Positions 30,292 to 38,572 of a DNA stretch of 64,000 bases are shown here, piece by piece; position 1 is the stretch's first letter; the number at the start of each line of letters is the position of its first letter. Below the pieces are notes generated by a model. It was not told the DNA's origin, did not search any database, and was given only the letters and a program-made list of their open reading frames with translations. The stretch is from Candidatus Aldehydirespiratoraceae bacterium (lineage in GTDB: Bacteria > Actinomycetota > Acidimicrobiia > Acidimicrobiales > Aldehydirespiratoraceae). Location of the stretch: positions 1,760,813-1,824,812 of the forward strand of contig CBDHCN010000002.1 in NCBI GenBank assembly GCA_965261185.1, in the 5' to 3' direction. The position numbers and the translations under genes were made by a program.

Positions 30292-31347
30292 GTGAAACTC
30301 GACATCATGTCTGGGGCGCTTGAGTTGCGAGCTATGCAACGACATGCCCGAGCCGTTGAGAAGGCCGGTTTTCACACGATGTGGTTGACCGAGTCAGGCC
30401 GCACTGCGTATCTCTCGGCTGCTGCGGCTGGGTTGGTAACCGAACAGCTGGGGCTCGGAACTGCGGTTGCTGTGGCCTTCCCGCGCAGTCCGATGATCAC
30501 CGCGTCGGTGGCCTGGGAATTGGCCGAGGCTACTGAGGGGCGTTTCACGCTTGGCTTGGGCACGCAGGTCAAAGCCCATATCGAACGCCGGTACTCCAGC
30601 AGTTACGCGCCCCCCGGACCGCGGATGAAAGAGTACGTCCAGGCTTTGCAAGCGATCTTTCGGGCTTTTCGGGGTGAGGAGAAGCTGTCGTTCGAGGGCG
30701 ATTACTACTCGTTTTCTTTGTTGCCGCCACAGTGGTCACCGGGACCGATCGCCGTGGCAGATCCGCCGATCTACGTCTCCGCGGTGCTGGATTGGATGTC
30801 GCGGATGGCGGGTGAGGTGTGCGACGGGATCCACATTCATCCGTTCAACTCCGCGGAATATGTACGTGATGTGCAACTGCCCCGTGTGCAGGAAGGCGTT
30901 GACCGTGCTGGTCGCGACCTTGCCGATGTCACCTTTGAGATTCCGGTGATGACACCGGTGGGCGACACCGATGAGGAGATGACCGAGTCCCGCGAACACG
31001 CCCGACAGATGATTGCTTTCTATGGCTCGACCAGGACTTATTCGCCAGTCTTTGAGACTCACGGGTTCGCCGGACTTGCAGATGAGCTCCATCAATTACA
31101 ACGGAAGGGCGATATCGCGGGCATGGTTTCGCTGGTCAGCGATGATGTTCTCAACCACTACACGGTGTCGGGTACCTGGTCGAACCTCGGGGCGAATCTG
31201 GTTGAGCGTTACCGCGACGTTGCGCCGAATGTGTCGTTGATGACCTACACCGCTTCGAGCCAACTGCGTCGCCACCCCGACATTTTGGACCGCTGGTCCG
31301 ATGTCGCCCGCGACGTATCAGCGGCGTCTTCTGCGGCCGGGTCGTGA
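30292..31347 (+). CDS. LLM-class (luciferase-like) F420-dependent oxidoreductase
   Basis: 351 aa with GTG start. The TIM-barrel LLM pattern is present (GFHTMWLTESGRTAYLSAAAAG...RFTLGLGTQVKAHIERRY). It is divergent from mftA. Confidence 0.85.
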   Translation: MKLDIMSGALELRAMQRHARAVEKAGFHTMWLTESGRTAYLSAAAAGLVTEQLGLGTAVAVAFPRSPMITASVAWELAEATEGRFTLGLGTQVKAHIERRYSSSYAPPGPRMKEYVQALQAIFRAFRGEEKLSFEGDYYSFSLLPPQWSPGPIAVADPPIYVSAVLDWMSRMAGEVCDGIHIHPFNSAEYVRDVQLPRVQEGVDRAGRDLADVTFEIPVMTPVGDTDEEMTESREHARQMIAFYGSTRTYSPVFETHGFAGLADELHQLQRKGDIAGMVSLVSDDVLNHYTVSGTWSNLGANLVERYRDVAPNVSLMTYTASSQLRRHPDILDRWSDVARDVSAASSAAGS

Positions 31348-31451
31348 GCCGCGAGTCTCGCGGTGCTTTGATTTCGGCTCGATATCGGCTCGTGTGGTGA
31401 TCCGCCGACAGCGGCATTACTATGCCACAACCAGACAATAGTGGGGAATTG

Positions 31452-31519
31452 ATGTCGTTTCTGTCGGTTAGGTCGTTGGCTGGTTGGTGTGGGTTGGTTT
31501 TGTGTCTGGCGGTGTCTTC
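31452..31519 (+). pseudogene. Detached 5' end (signal peptide) of the SLH/RCC1-repeat gene
   Basis: ATG 31452 reads MSFLSVRSLAGWCGLVLCLAVS(S) and is cut by the IS end at 31520. It joins in frame with 33165 onward once the IS and one copy of the CTTC duplication are removed. Confidence 0.7.
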
Positions 31520-31598
31520 TGAGGTGTTTCTGACTCTTCGCGACAGATTGCGGGTTTTTTCAAGTCGCATTGGTGGGTGTGCGGTGGTGGTTGTGTGG

Positions 31599-32663
31599 TC
31601 ATGTTAGCGGTTGGTTTCGGTGGTGGGCGCGTCGTCGCTGGTCGGCTTGTTGGAGTCCGTCTCGGCGTGCTTGGCGGATCTGGTCGCCTTTGCCGGTGTG
31701 CTCGTCGTGGGGGGTGACATACCCGATGCCTTCGTGCAGCCGCACCGAGTTGTAGTGGCCGCGGACGCGTTCGAGTTCTCGGGTGAGGTCGGCGGGATCG
31801 CCGAGCGTTTCGAGGTGGGGATGCTCGCCTTTGACGTGGCTGAACAGAGACTCGATCCAGGCCTGGTCGGTGGGCGTGGACCGGCGTCCGAAGTGCTGGG
31901 CGATCGAGCACATGGCCATGAATTTGGCGGTGTCGCCGGCGCGCATCTCCGGTCCGTTGTCGCTGACCGCCAACAGCAGCGGGATTGTGTCGCTGTGGGG
32001 CAGGTCTGCGTGGGGGTTGTCGAGGCGGGCGGCGAGTTCGTCGGTGAGGAGCCCTTCGCTTTGCAGTGCTTTGGCGAACAAGACTCTGGCGGCGACCGAG
32101 TCCGGTGCCGCGGTGTGGTGCGTGGCGATCCATTTACGGGACACCACATCGACTATCGCGTAGGCGTGCTTGGCTTGTCGGCATGTCGGGAACTGGGTGC
32201 CGTCCCAACACCACAGTTGGTTGGGCCGCCACTCACACCAGGTAGGCCACGGCGTCTTGGTGGCCTTGGCGGGGCGCGGCGTGCCGGCCAGAGCGAGGCC
32301 GTGACCTGCGAGAACGCGGTCCACAGTCGAAGCAGACACCCACACGCGGCCCAGGTAGGAGCCGCGGTGCGCGAGCTTGCGATGCGACCGGTCGGTGTCG
32401 CCCCACTCGTCGAAGAGGCGCACGATCTCGTCACGTTCTGAGCTCAGCAGGCTGTGGATCGGACGTCCGCCCGGGCGGGCATCGTCAAGAGTCCCCTCGG
32501 CGCGGCGTTGGGTCCAGCGCCATGCCCGGCGGCGGTCCACACCCAGCACCGTGCAGACCCGGCTGTGCGTCCAGCCAGCCGAGGTGGCGTCGTCGATCAA
32601 CCCCAACAGCACGGCTTTGGCGGTCCCGTCGACGCGGGCGGGGACAGGACCGCTCATCCCCAA
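31599..32663 (-). CDS. IS3-family transposase OrfB (DDE/rve integrase core)
   Basis: 354 aa, identical to 58635-59699. It has an rve-like core (WCWDGTQFPT..., LAVSDNGPEM, ...NSVRLHEGIGYVTP). It is probably expressed as an OrfAB fusion by -1 frameshifting. Confidence 0.88.
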   Translation of the reverse strand: MGMSGPVPARVDGTAKAVLLGLIDDATSAGWTHSRVCTVLGVDRRRAWRWTQRRAEGTLDDARPGGRPIHSLLSSERDEIVRLFDEWGDTDRSHRKLAHRGSYLGRVWVSASTVDRVLAGHGLALAGTPRPAKATKTPWPTWCEWRPNQLWCWDGTQFPTCRQAKHAYAIVDVVSRKWIATHHTAAPDSVAARVLFAKALQSEGLLTDELAARLDNPHADLPHSDTIPLLLAVSDNGPEMRAGDTAKFMAMCSIAQHFGRRSTPTDQAWIESLFSHVKGEHPHLETLGDPADLTRELERVRGHYNSVRLHEGIGYVTPHDEHTGKGDQIRQARRDGLQQADQRRRAHHRNQPLT

Positions 32664-32983
32664 CCCGTTTTTCCCCGCAGCACCGCCAGCTCCACGGCTT
32701 GTTCGACCACAGTACGCCCCAACCGTTCCACCTCGACACGAAGGGCTGCTGCCTCAGACGCCTCCGCTCGGGACTGACGGGGCCGGCCCGGCCTCGACGA
32801 ACCCAAAGCCGCGACCGCCCCATCCCGGGCGACAGCTCGCAGCCGGGCGATCACCGACCGGTCCACACCAGCCTCAGCAGCCGCCTCGGCCTGGGTGACC
32901 TGACCGCAAAGCATCCGCACCCACAAATCGTACTTCTGCTCTGCTGTAAGCAGCTTCTTCGGTTTTCTATGCTCGGAACTCAT
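32654..32983 (-). CDS. IS3-family transposase OrfA (HTH)
   Basis: 109 aa, identical to 58315-58644. It has an HTH region (VTQAEAAAEAGVDRSVIARL) and a C-terminal leucine-zipper-like segment. Confidence 0.85.
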   Translation of the reverse strand: MSSEHRKPKKLLTAEQKYDLWVRMLCGQVTQAEAAAEAGVDRSVIARLRAVARDGAVAALGSSRPGRPRQSRAEASEAAALRVEVERLGRTVVEQAVELAVLRGKTGWG

Positions 32984-33074
32984 AGGCTGCAGCCTCCTGT
33001 CCTAGGACCGCCAACCCTGCCCGATGCTGCTTGAAAAAACTCAGAACCTGTCGCGCGAAGTCAGATGCACAACA

Positions 33075-33160
33075 GCAGCCTCCTGTCCTAGGACCGCCAA
33101 CCCTGCCCGATGCTGCTTGAAAAAACTCAGAACCTGTCGCGCGAAGTCAGATGCACAACA
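33075..33160 (-). repeat. Tandem second copy of the terminal 86 bp (IRL through the orfA RBS region) of IS copy 1
   Basis: 32989-33074 and 33075-33160 are identical by eye. The outer copy abuts the CTTC target duplication. Confidence 0.9.
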
Positions 33161-35586
33161 CTTCGCTGGCGGTGGCGTCTTCGGCCGGTGCGGTCGGAGG
33201 GTTTGGTGATGTTGCCGAGGACAGGTATTACACCGAGCCTGTCCAGTGGTCGGCTGATGGGGGGATCACTGGTATAGACGGAAACTGTTTTCTACCCAAT
33301 GCGCCGGTGTCTCGCGGCGACGCCGCGGTTTACATCTGGAACATGGAAGGTCAGCCCTCGGCGCCTGCGCACAGCTTCGTTGATGTGAGCGAACACCAGG
33401 ACGCGGCGGTGTCGTGGATGTCTCACAACGAGATCACTACCGGCACGGCAACAACAACGTTCGGTCCTGACGGCGCGTTGACTCGGGCGCATCTGGTTAC
33501 GTTCTTGTGGCGTTTGGCCGGTAAACCCACGGCGCCTGCGCATAGCTTCGTTGATGTGCAGGCGTCTTGGCAGCAGGGCAGCGTTTCTTGGGCTGCTGAC
33601 AATGAGATAACTACCGGCACGTCACCAACCACGTTCGATCCTGACGGCCCGTTGACTCGGGCGCATCTGGTTACGTTCTTGTGGCGTTATCAAGGCAAAC
33701 CCGAAGTGTCCGTTGACCCTGCCAGCCCACCGTGTGAAACCACCTTCAAATCCGTTTCGGCCGGCGGGTGGCATTCGTGTGGGGTGCGTGCCGATGACAC
33801 AATCACCTGCTGGGGCAACAACCTCTATGGGCAGTTGATTGCGCCTGCGGGGGCGTTCAAATCGGTTTCGGCCGGCCGTCTGCATTCGTGTGGGGTGCGT
33901 GCCGATGACACAATCACCTGCTGGGGCAACAACCTCTATGGGCAGTTGATTGCGCCTGCGGGGGCGTTCCAAACCGTTGCGACCAGCTACGACCATTCGT
34001 GTGGGTTGCGTGTCGATGACACAATCGCCTGCTGGGGTCCTTACGGCAGTGGCCACCGTTACCGCAACCCTTATGTTTGGCGGGCTAGTTCGCCTGAGGG
34101 GACGTTCAAAACCGTTTCGCTCGGCTTCGAGCATGGGTGTGGGTTGCGTGTCGATGACACAATCGCCTGCTGGGGCCACAGTGCGCAGTCTGGCGCGCCT
34201 GGGGGGGCGTTCAAATCGGTTTCGGCCGGCGACACGCATTCGTGTGGGTTGCGTGTCGATGACACAATCGCCTGCTGGGGCCACGACTACGACGGGGAGC
34301 GTGATGCGCCTGGGGGGGCGTTCAAAACCGTTTCGGCCGGCCGTCAGCTTTCGTGTGGGTTGCGTGTCGATGACACGATCGCCTGCTGGGGCGAGAACAG
34401 CTATGGGAAGTCTGATGCGCCTGCGGGGGCGTTCAAAACCGTTTCGGCCGGCCGTCTGCATTCGTGTGGGTTGCGTACCGATGACACGATCGCCTGCTGG
34501 GGCAGCAACCTCTATGGGCAGTTGATTGCGCCTGGGGTTCCGTTCAAAACCATTTTTGCGGTCAACGGGTCAGAGGGTTTCAAGTTGCATTTCGAGGCGT
34601 GTGGGGTGCGTGTTGATGACACAATCGCCTGCTGGGGCAACACTTACCAGTCTGCGCCTGAGGGGGCGTTCAAAACCGTTTTGGTCGGCCGCGGGCATTC
34701 GTGTGGGGTGCGTGTTGATGACACAATCGCCTGCTGGGGCGACAACCGCTATGGGCAGACTGATGCGCCTGCGGGGGCGTTCCAAACCGTTGCGACCAGC
34801 TACAACCATTCGTGTGGGTTGCGTGTCGATGACACAGTCACCTGCTGGGGAGCAAACTGGTCTGGGCAGTCTGATGCGCCTGCGGGGGCGTTCAAGTCAG
34901 TTTCGATCGGCTTACGGTATGGGTGTGGGTTGCGTGTCGATGACACAATCACCTGCTGGGGTGACAACGAATATGGGCAGACTGATGCGCCTGCGGGGGC
35001 GTTCAAATCGGTTTCGATCGGCTTACGGTATGGGTGTGGGTTGCGTGTCGATGACACAATCACCTGCTGGGGTGACAACGAATATGGGCAGTCTGATGCG
35101 CCTGCGGGGGAGTTCAAAACCGTTTCGACCTACTCTACGGGCTACGGTTCGCATTCGTGTGGGTTGCGTGTCGATGACACAATCACCTGTTGGGGTGACT
35201 ACTGGCAGGCTGATGCGCCTGCGGGGGAGTTCCAAACGGTTTCGACCGGGTACAGTAATCGGCTCCGGGTCGGGGTGCGTTCGTGTGGGGTGCGTGCCGA
35301 TAACACAGTCACCTGCTGGGGCCCCAATGATGGGTTTGGGCAGCTTGATGCGCCTGCGGGTGCGTTCAAAACGGTTTCGGTCGGGGATCATATTTGTGGG
35401 GTGCTCGTCGATAACACAATCACCTGCTGGGGGCTCTACCCTTTCGACGACGATGGGTTTGGGCAGCTTGATGCGCCTGCGGGGGAGTTCACATCGGTTT
35501 CGGTCGGCGGGCGACGTTCGTGTGGGGTGCGTGTCAATGGCGCAATCGAGTGCTGGGGCCTGGGTGGGCCGGTCCAGGTGGGTTGA
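33151..35586 (+). pseudogene. Surface protein gene: three SLH-like repeats plus ~16 RCC1_2-type repeats, 5'-truncated by the IS
   Basis: 811-aa ORF. Aa ~17-190 contain three SLH-like units (F.DV....A.V.W....ITTGT...F.PDG.LTRAHLVTFLWR). Sixteen repeats of GAFK(S/T)VS.G..HSCG(L/V)R.DDTI.CWG.N.YGQ.DAPA follow. The annotated ATG lies inside the IS inverted repeat. Confidence 0.8.
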
Positions 35587-35649
35587 CCGCGCCGGACAAC
35601 GGGCCGTGGTTGCGGGTCCAACCTCGGGCAACCAGAGCGACCAGGGACT

Positions 35650-35980
35650 GATACGCCTAGGGGGCGTTCCAAACCGTTTCGGCCGGCAAGTTTGGTTCGT
35701 GCGAGTTGCGTGCCGATGACGCAATCACTTGGGCCGCCAACGCCGATGGGCGGGCTGATGCACCTGAGGGGGCGTTCCAAACCGTTTCGGCTGGCAAGTT
35801 TCATTCGTGTGGGGTGCGTGCCGATGACACAGTCACCTGCTGGGGCAGCGGCTACTTTGGGCAGCGTGAAGCGCCTGTGGGGCGTTCCAAACCGTTTCGG
35901 TCAGCAGGGAACATTCGTGTGGGTTGCGTGCCGACGGTACAATCATCTACTGGGGCGAAGAAGACATCCAGGTGATGTAA
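35650..35980 (+). pseudogene. Degenerate tail of RCC1-like repeats (after a stop, with a frameshift)
   Basis: Reads ..GAFQTVSAGKFGSCELRADDAITWAANADGRADAPEGAFQTVSAGKFHSCGVRADDTVTCWGSGYFGQREAP. A 1-nt loss then occurs near 35876 (gcgcctgtggggcgttcc versus the usual gcgcctgcgggggcgttcc). In the next frame it continues ..FQTVSVSREHSCGLRADGTIIYWGEEDIQVM*. Confidence 0.55.
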
Positions 35981-36506
35981 CCGCGCACACCGCAAGGCAC
36001 TGCGGGCCATCAGAGCCACCACCGACGACGTCGGTAGTAGGTTCCAGCCGTGGCCAGCGTTGGGGCTGTGCGATCTGTGGAGCGTCGCTACTATGCCTCA
36101 GACACGTCACGGGTTCTGGCTGGCTTCGCTCGCTTTTTGTGGAGGTGGAATGGTGGATTCAAGGTTCGGTTGAGGCGTTGGGGTTTGATGAGACCCTGTT
36201 CGGGTGTGAGGGTCCACGACGCCATTAATGAACGGCCGCTCTACGAGGCCGCCACCCAGCGACTTGCCAAAGCAGCACGGGATCGCAGCACGGACGACCT
36301 CGCAGCTTTGGTGGTTGAACTCCACAACGACGGTCTACTCTGCGTTTCCCCCGCACCTGAGGGAACCGATGCGGACCCCGTAATCGTCTGCACGATGGGT
36401 TTCAGAGGCTGACGGACCCTGCGTGTAGCAGGATATTTAAATAAAATGTATGTAGTGACAGTGGTTTACAAGGTCATTGTCACAGGGGGTTAGTAGGTTG
36501 TGATCT

Positions 36507-38384
36507 ATGAATTTCGTTTCGGGATCGGATCTTCTTGATGGTGGCACGGCTGGTGACGGTGGCACCGGCGAAGCGCTGCGGGTGCTGTTGGTCGATGAGG
36601 CGAAGTTGTCTGATGAGGGGCTGCGGTCGCGGCTGGGAGCGCTGGGGCGTGCTGAGTCGGCTTTGGCGGCGATGAAGTCTCGGGCCTTGGCTGAGCTGAG
36701 TAGGCGCCACAGCACTGGGGATGCGCAGCGTCTGGTTCGTGACGAGTTGCAGGCATCGAAACGTGAGGCCAAACGCGATGTCGAGTCAGCGGCTCGGTTG
36801 GCCGAGTTGCCTGCGACCAGTGAAGCGTTGGCGTCTGGTGAGATCCCTGTGGGTCATGCTCGCCTGATTGCTCGGGCATCGGGTGAAAGCTCGATCGATG
36901 AAGCACTGCTTGTCGAGGCAGCCAACACTGAGCCTTTTGATGAGTTCGCGCGGACTGTGAAACGTCATCAACAAGAGGTGGCTGACGATGATGGCCAGGC
37001 GCTGTTGGATCGACAGCGACGCAAGCGCAAAGCTCGTATCTTTGAATCGGCTGAGTCCGGCATGTTCGTGCTGAGCGGTGAGTTCGACCAGATCACTGGA
37101 GCACGTATCGCCACGGCGCTGACAGCCAAGGAACGCCAGTTGTGGCACCGCGAAGACCCCAACAAACGAGCCACGCCGCAGCAGCGGATGGCTGACGCGT
37201 TGGCGGAGTTGATCTGCGAACCCGCCAGCGGAAGGTCTGCGGGCACTGATCTGTTGGTGATCGCTGATTTCGATGTGATCAAACAGCAACTCGACAACCC
37301 CCGCCTCGCTGATGGTTCACCAATACCGATCGTTGAGTTGCACCGTTTGGCGCTCGAAGCCAACTTGTTGCCTTCGATCTTTGACACCAAAGCCCAAGAC
37401 ATGTGGCTGGGACGCCGGTTGCGGACCGCTACTGAAGCTCAACGCATCGCGTTGATCGCCCGAGACCAACACTGCATCGGTTGTGGTGCCAACCCGTTGT
37501 GGTGTCGAGCCCATCACATCATTTGGTGGTCGAAGGAGGGGCCAACTGACCTCGAAAACCTCGCGCTGGTATGCGATGACTGCCACCACAAGATCCACGA
37601 CCACGGTTGGCAGGTGTACAAACACCCCAAAACCGGCAAATTCAAGCTCAAACCCCCGACCAATCCACCGGCCGAGGCAGAGCGCCCTCCAACTCGTGCG
37701 GATGAAACCCGTCCGACTTCCCGGGATGCGGCTCGTGACGGTGCGATGGGCAACCAGACTCGTGCGGATGAAACCCGTCCGACTTCCCGGGATGCGGCTC
37801 GTGACGGTGCGATGGGCAACCAGACTCGTGCGGATGAAACCCGTCCGACTTCCCGGGATGCGGCTCGTGACGGTGCGATGGGCAACCAGACTCGTGCGGA
37901 TGAAACCCGTCCGACTTCCCGGGATGCGGCTCGTGACGGGGCGATGGGCAACCAGACTCGTGCGGATGAAACCCGTCCGACTTCCCGGGATGCGGCTCGT
38001 GACGGGGCGATGGGCAACCAGACTCGTGCGGATGAAACCCGTCCGACTTCCCGGGATGCGGCTCATGACGGGGCGACGGTCAACCAGACTCGTGCGGATG
38101 AAACCCGACCGACTTCCCGGGATGCGGCTCGTGACGGTGCGATGGGCAACCAGACTCGTGCGGATGAAACCCGTCCGATTTCCCGGGATGCGGCTCATGA
38201 CGGGGCGACGGTCAACCAGACTCGTGCGGATGAAACCCGACCGATTTCCGGGGATGCAGCCCGGATTACGGAAAGGGACGAAGTGCGGTGGGGTAACCAA
38301 TCCAACCCGGACGCCATACGACAGCGCCGTACTGCCCGCCGGTCCACCGGCCAAGACTCGGTCGACTACATCGACGACTCCTAG
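36507..38384 (+). CDS. DUF222 domain / HNH endonuclease (13E12-repeat-type protein) with a C-terminal 22-aa tandem repeat array
   Basis: 625 aa. The N-terminal DUF222-like region is present (AALAAMKSRALAELSRRH..., IPVGHARLIA). The HNH motif is DQHCIGCGANPLWCRAHHIIWWSKEGPTDLENLALVCDDCHHKIH. About 9 repeats of TRADETRPTSRDAARDGAMGNQ follow. Confidence 0.88.
   Translation: MNFVSGSDLLDGGTAGDGGTGEALRVLLVDEAKLSDEGLRSRLGALGRAESALAAMKSRALAELSRRHSTGDAQRLVRDELQASKREAKRDVESAARLAELPATSEALASGEIPVGHARLIARASGESSIDEALLVEAANTEPFDEFARTVKRHQQEVADDDGQALLDRQRRKRKARIFESAESGMFVLSGEFDQITGARIATALTAKERQLWHREDPNKRATPQQRMADALAELICEPASGRSAGTDLLVIADFDVIKQQLDNPRLADGSPIPIVELHRLALEANLLPSIFDTKAQDMWLGRRLRTATEAQRIALIARDQHCIGCGANPLWCRAHHIIWWSKEGPTDLENLALVCDDCHHKIHDHGWQVYKHPKTGKFKLKPPTNPPAEAERPPTRADETRPTSRDAARDGAMGNQTRADETRPTSRDAARDGAMGNQTRADETRPTSRDAARDGAMGNQTRADETRPTSRDAARDGAMGNQTRADETRPTSRDAARDGAMGNQTRADETRPTSRDAAHDGATVNQTRADETRPTSRDAARDGAMGNQTRADETRPISRDAAHDGATVNQTRADETRPISGDAARITERDEVRWGNQSNPDAIRQRRTARRSTGQDSVDYIDDS
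37692..38270 (+). repeat. 66-bp tandem repeat, ~8.7 copies, in frame inside the HNH gene
   Basis: The unit is ACTCGTGCGGATGAAACCCGTCCGACTTCCCGGGATGCGGCTCGTGACGGTGCGATGGGCAAC CAG. Units start at 37692, 37758, 37824, 37890, 37956, 38022, 38088, 38154 and 38220. Copies 6 and 8 carry the variant ..HDGATVNQ. Confidence 0.9.
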
Positions 38385-38572
38385 CTCGGCTCAGGTCGGT
38401 GGGCGGTGCGAGGTTTGCCTTCGCCATGTTGCTGGGTGGTTAGATCGACGACTCCTAGCCCGGCTCAGGTCGGTGGCGGTGCGAGGTTTGCCATCGCCAT
38501 GCTGCCTGGCCGCTGGATCGACGGCTTCTGGTCAGGCTCGGGTCGGTGGGTGGTGCGAGGTTCCAAACACGT
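38370..38572. repeat. ~74-bp tandem repeat, ~2.7 copies, seeded in the last codons of the HNH gene
   Basis: ATCGACGACTCCTAGC(T/C)CGGCTCAGGTCGGTGG(G)CGGTGCGAGGTTTGCC.TCGCCATG.TGC.. recurs at 38370 and 38444, with a diverged third copy at 38517. Confidence 0.75.

Larger units (their letters stand above)
31520..33074 (-). mobile_element. IS3-family insertion sequence, copy 1 (1555 bp)
   Basis: Imperfect ~45-bp terminal inverted repeats start with TG: IRL TGTTGTGCATCTGACTTCGCGCGACAGGTTCTGAGTTTTTTCAAGC and IRR TGAGGTGTTTCTGACTCTTCGCGACAGATTGCGGGTTTTTTCAAGT. orfA and orfB overlap in the -1 frame. It is near-identical to 58224-59778. A 4-bp direct repeat CTTC flanks 31520-33160. Confidence 0.9.

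Noticed and set aside
31468-32441. ORFs 31468-32133(-), 31604-32149(-), 31611-32441(+) and their mirror images in copy 2
   Set aside because: They are alternative frames of the IS transposase gene with Arg/Pro-rich low-complexity products. orfA and orfB account for the element.
33622-35724. Long ORFs 33622-34461(-), 33950-34525(+), 34526-35719(+), 35023-35724(-) overlapping the RCC1-repeat gene
   Set aside because: They are out-of-frame or antisense readings of the same 111-bp periodic DNA. Their repetitive translations (..RLRGRSKPFRPA.., ..PAGDCVIDTQPTR..) only mirror the repeat. Only the frame with SLH and CWG..YGQ motifs is protein-like.
35692-36228. Possible ISL3-type transposase fragment (CAICG.. 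and ..ALGFDETLF strings)
   Set aside because: Only two short strings are involved, and they are far too close together to represent the real domains. This cannot be supported without a database search, so it is mentioned only as part of the orphan-spacer finding.
37692-38270. Possible CRISPR array (regular repeats)
   Set aside because: The units are contiguous with no spacers, lie in frame inside a gene, and there are no cas genes. This is a minisatellite, not CRISPR.
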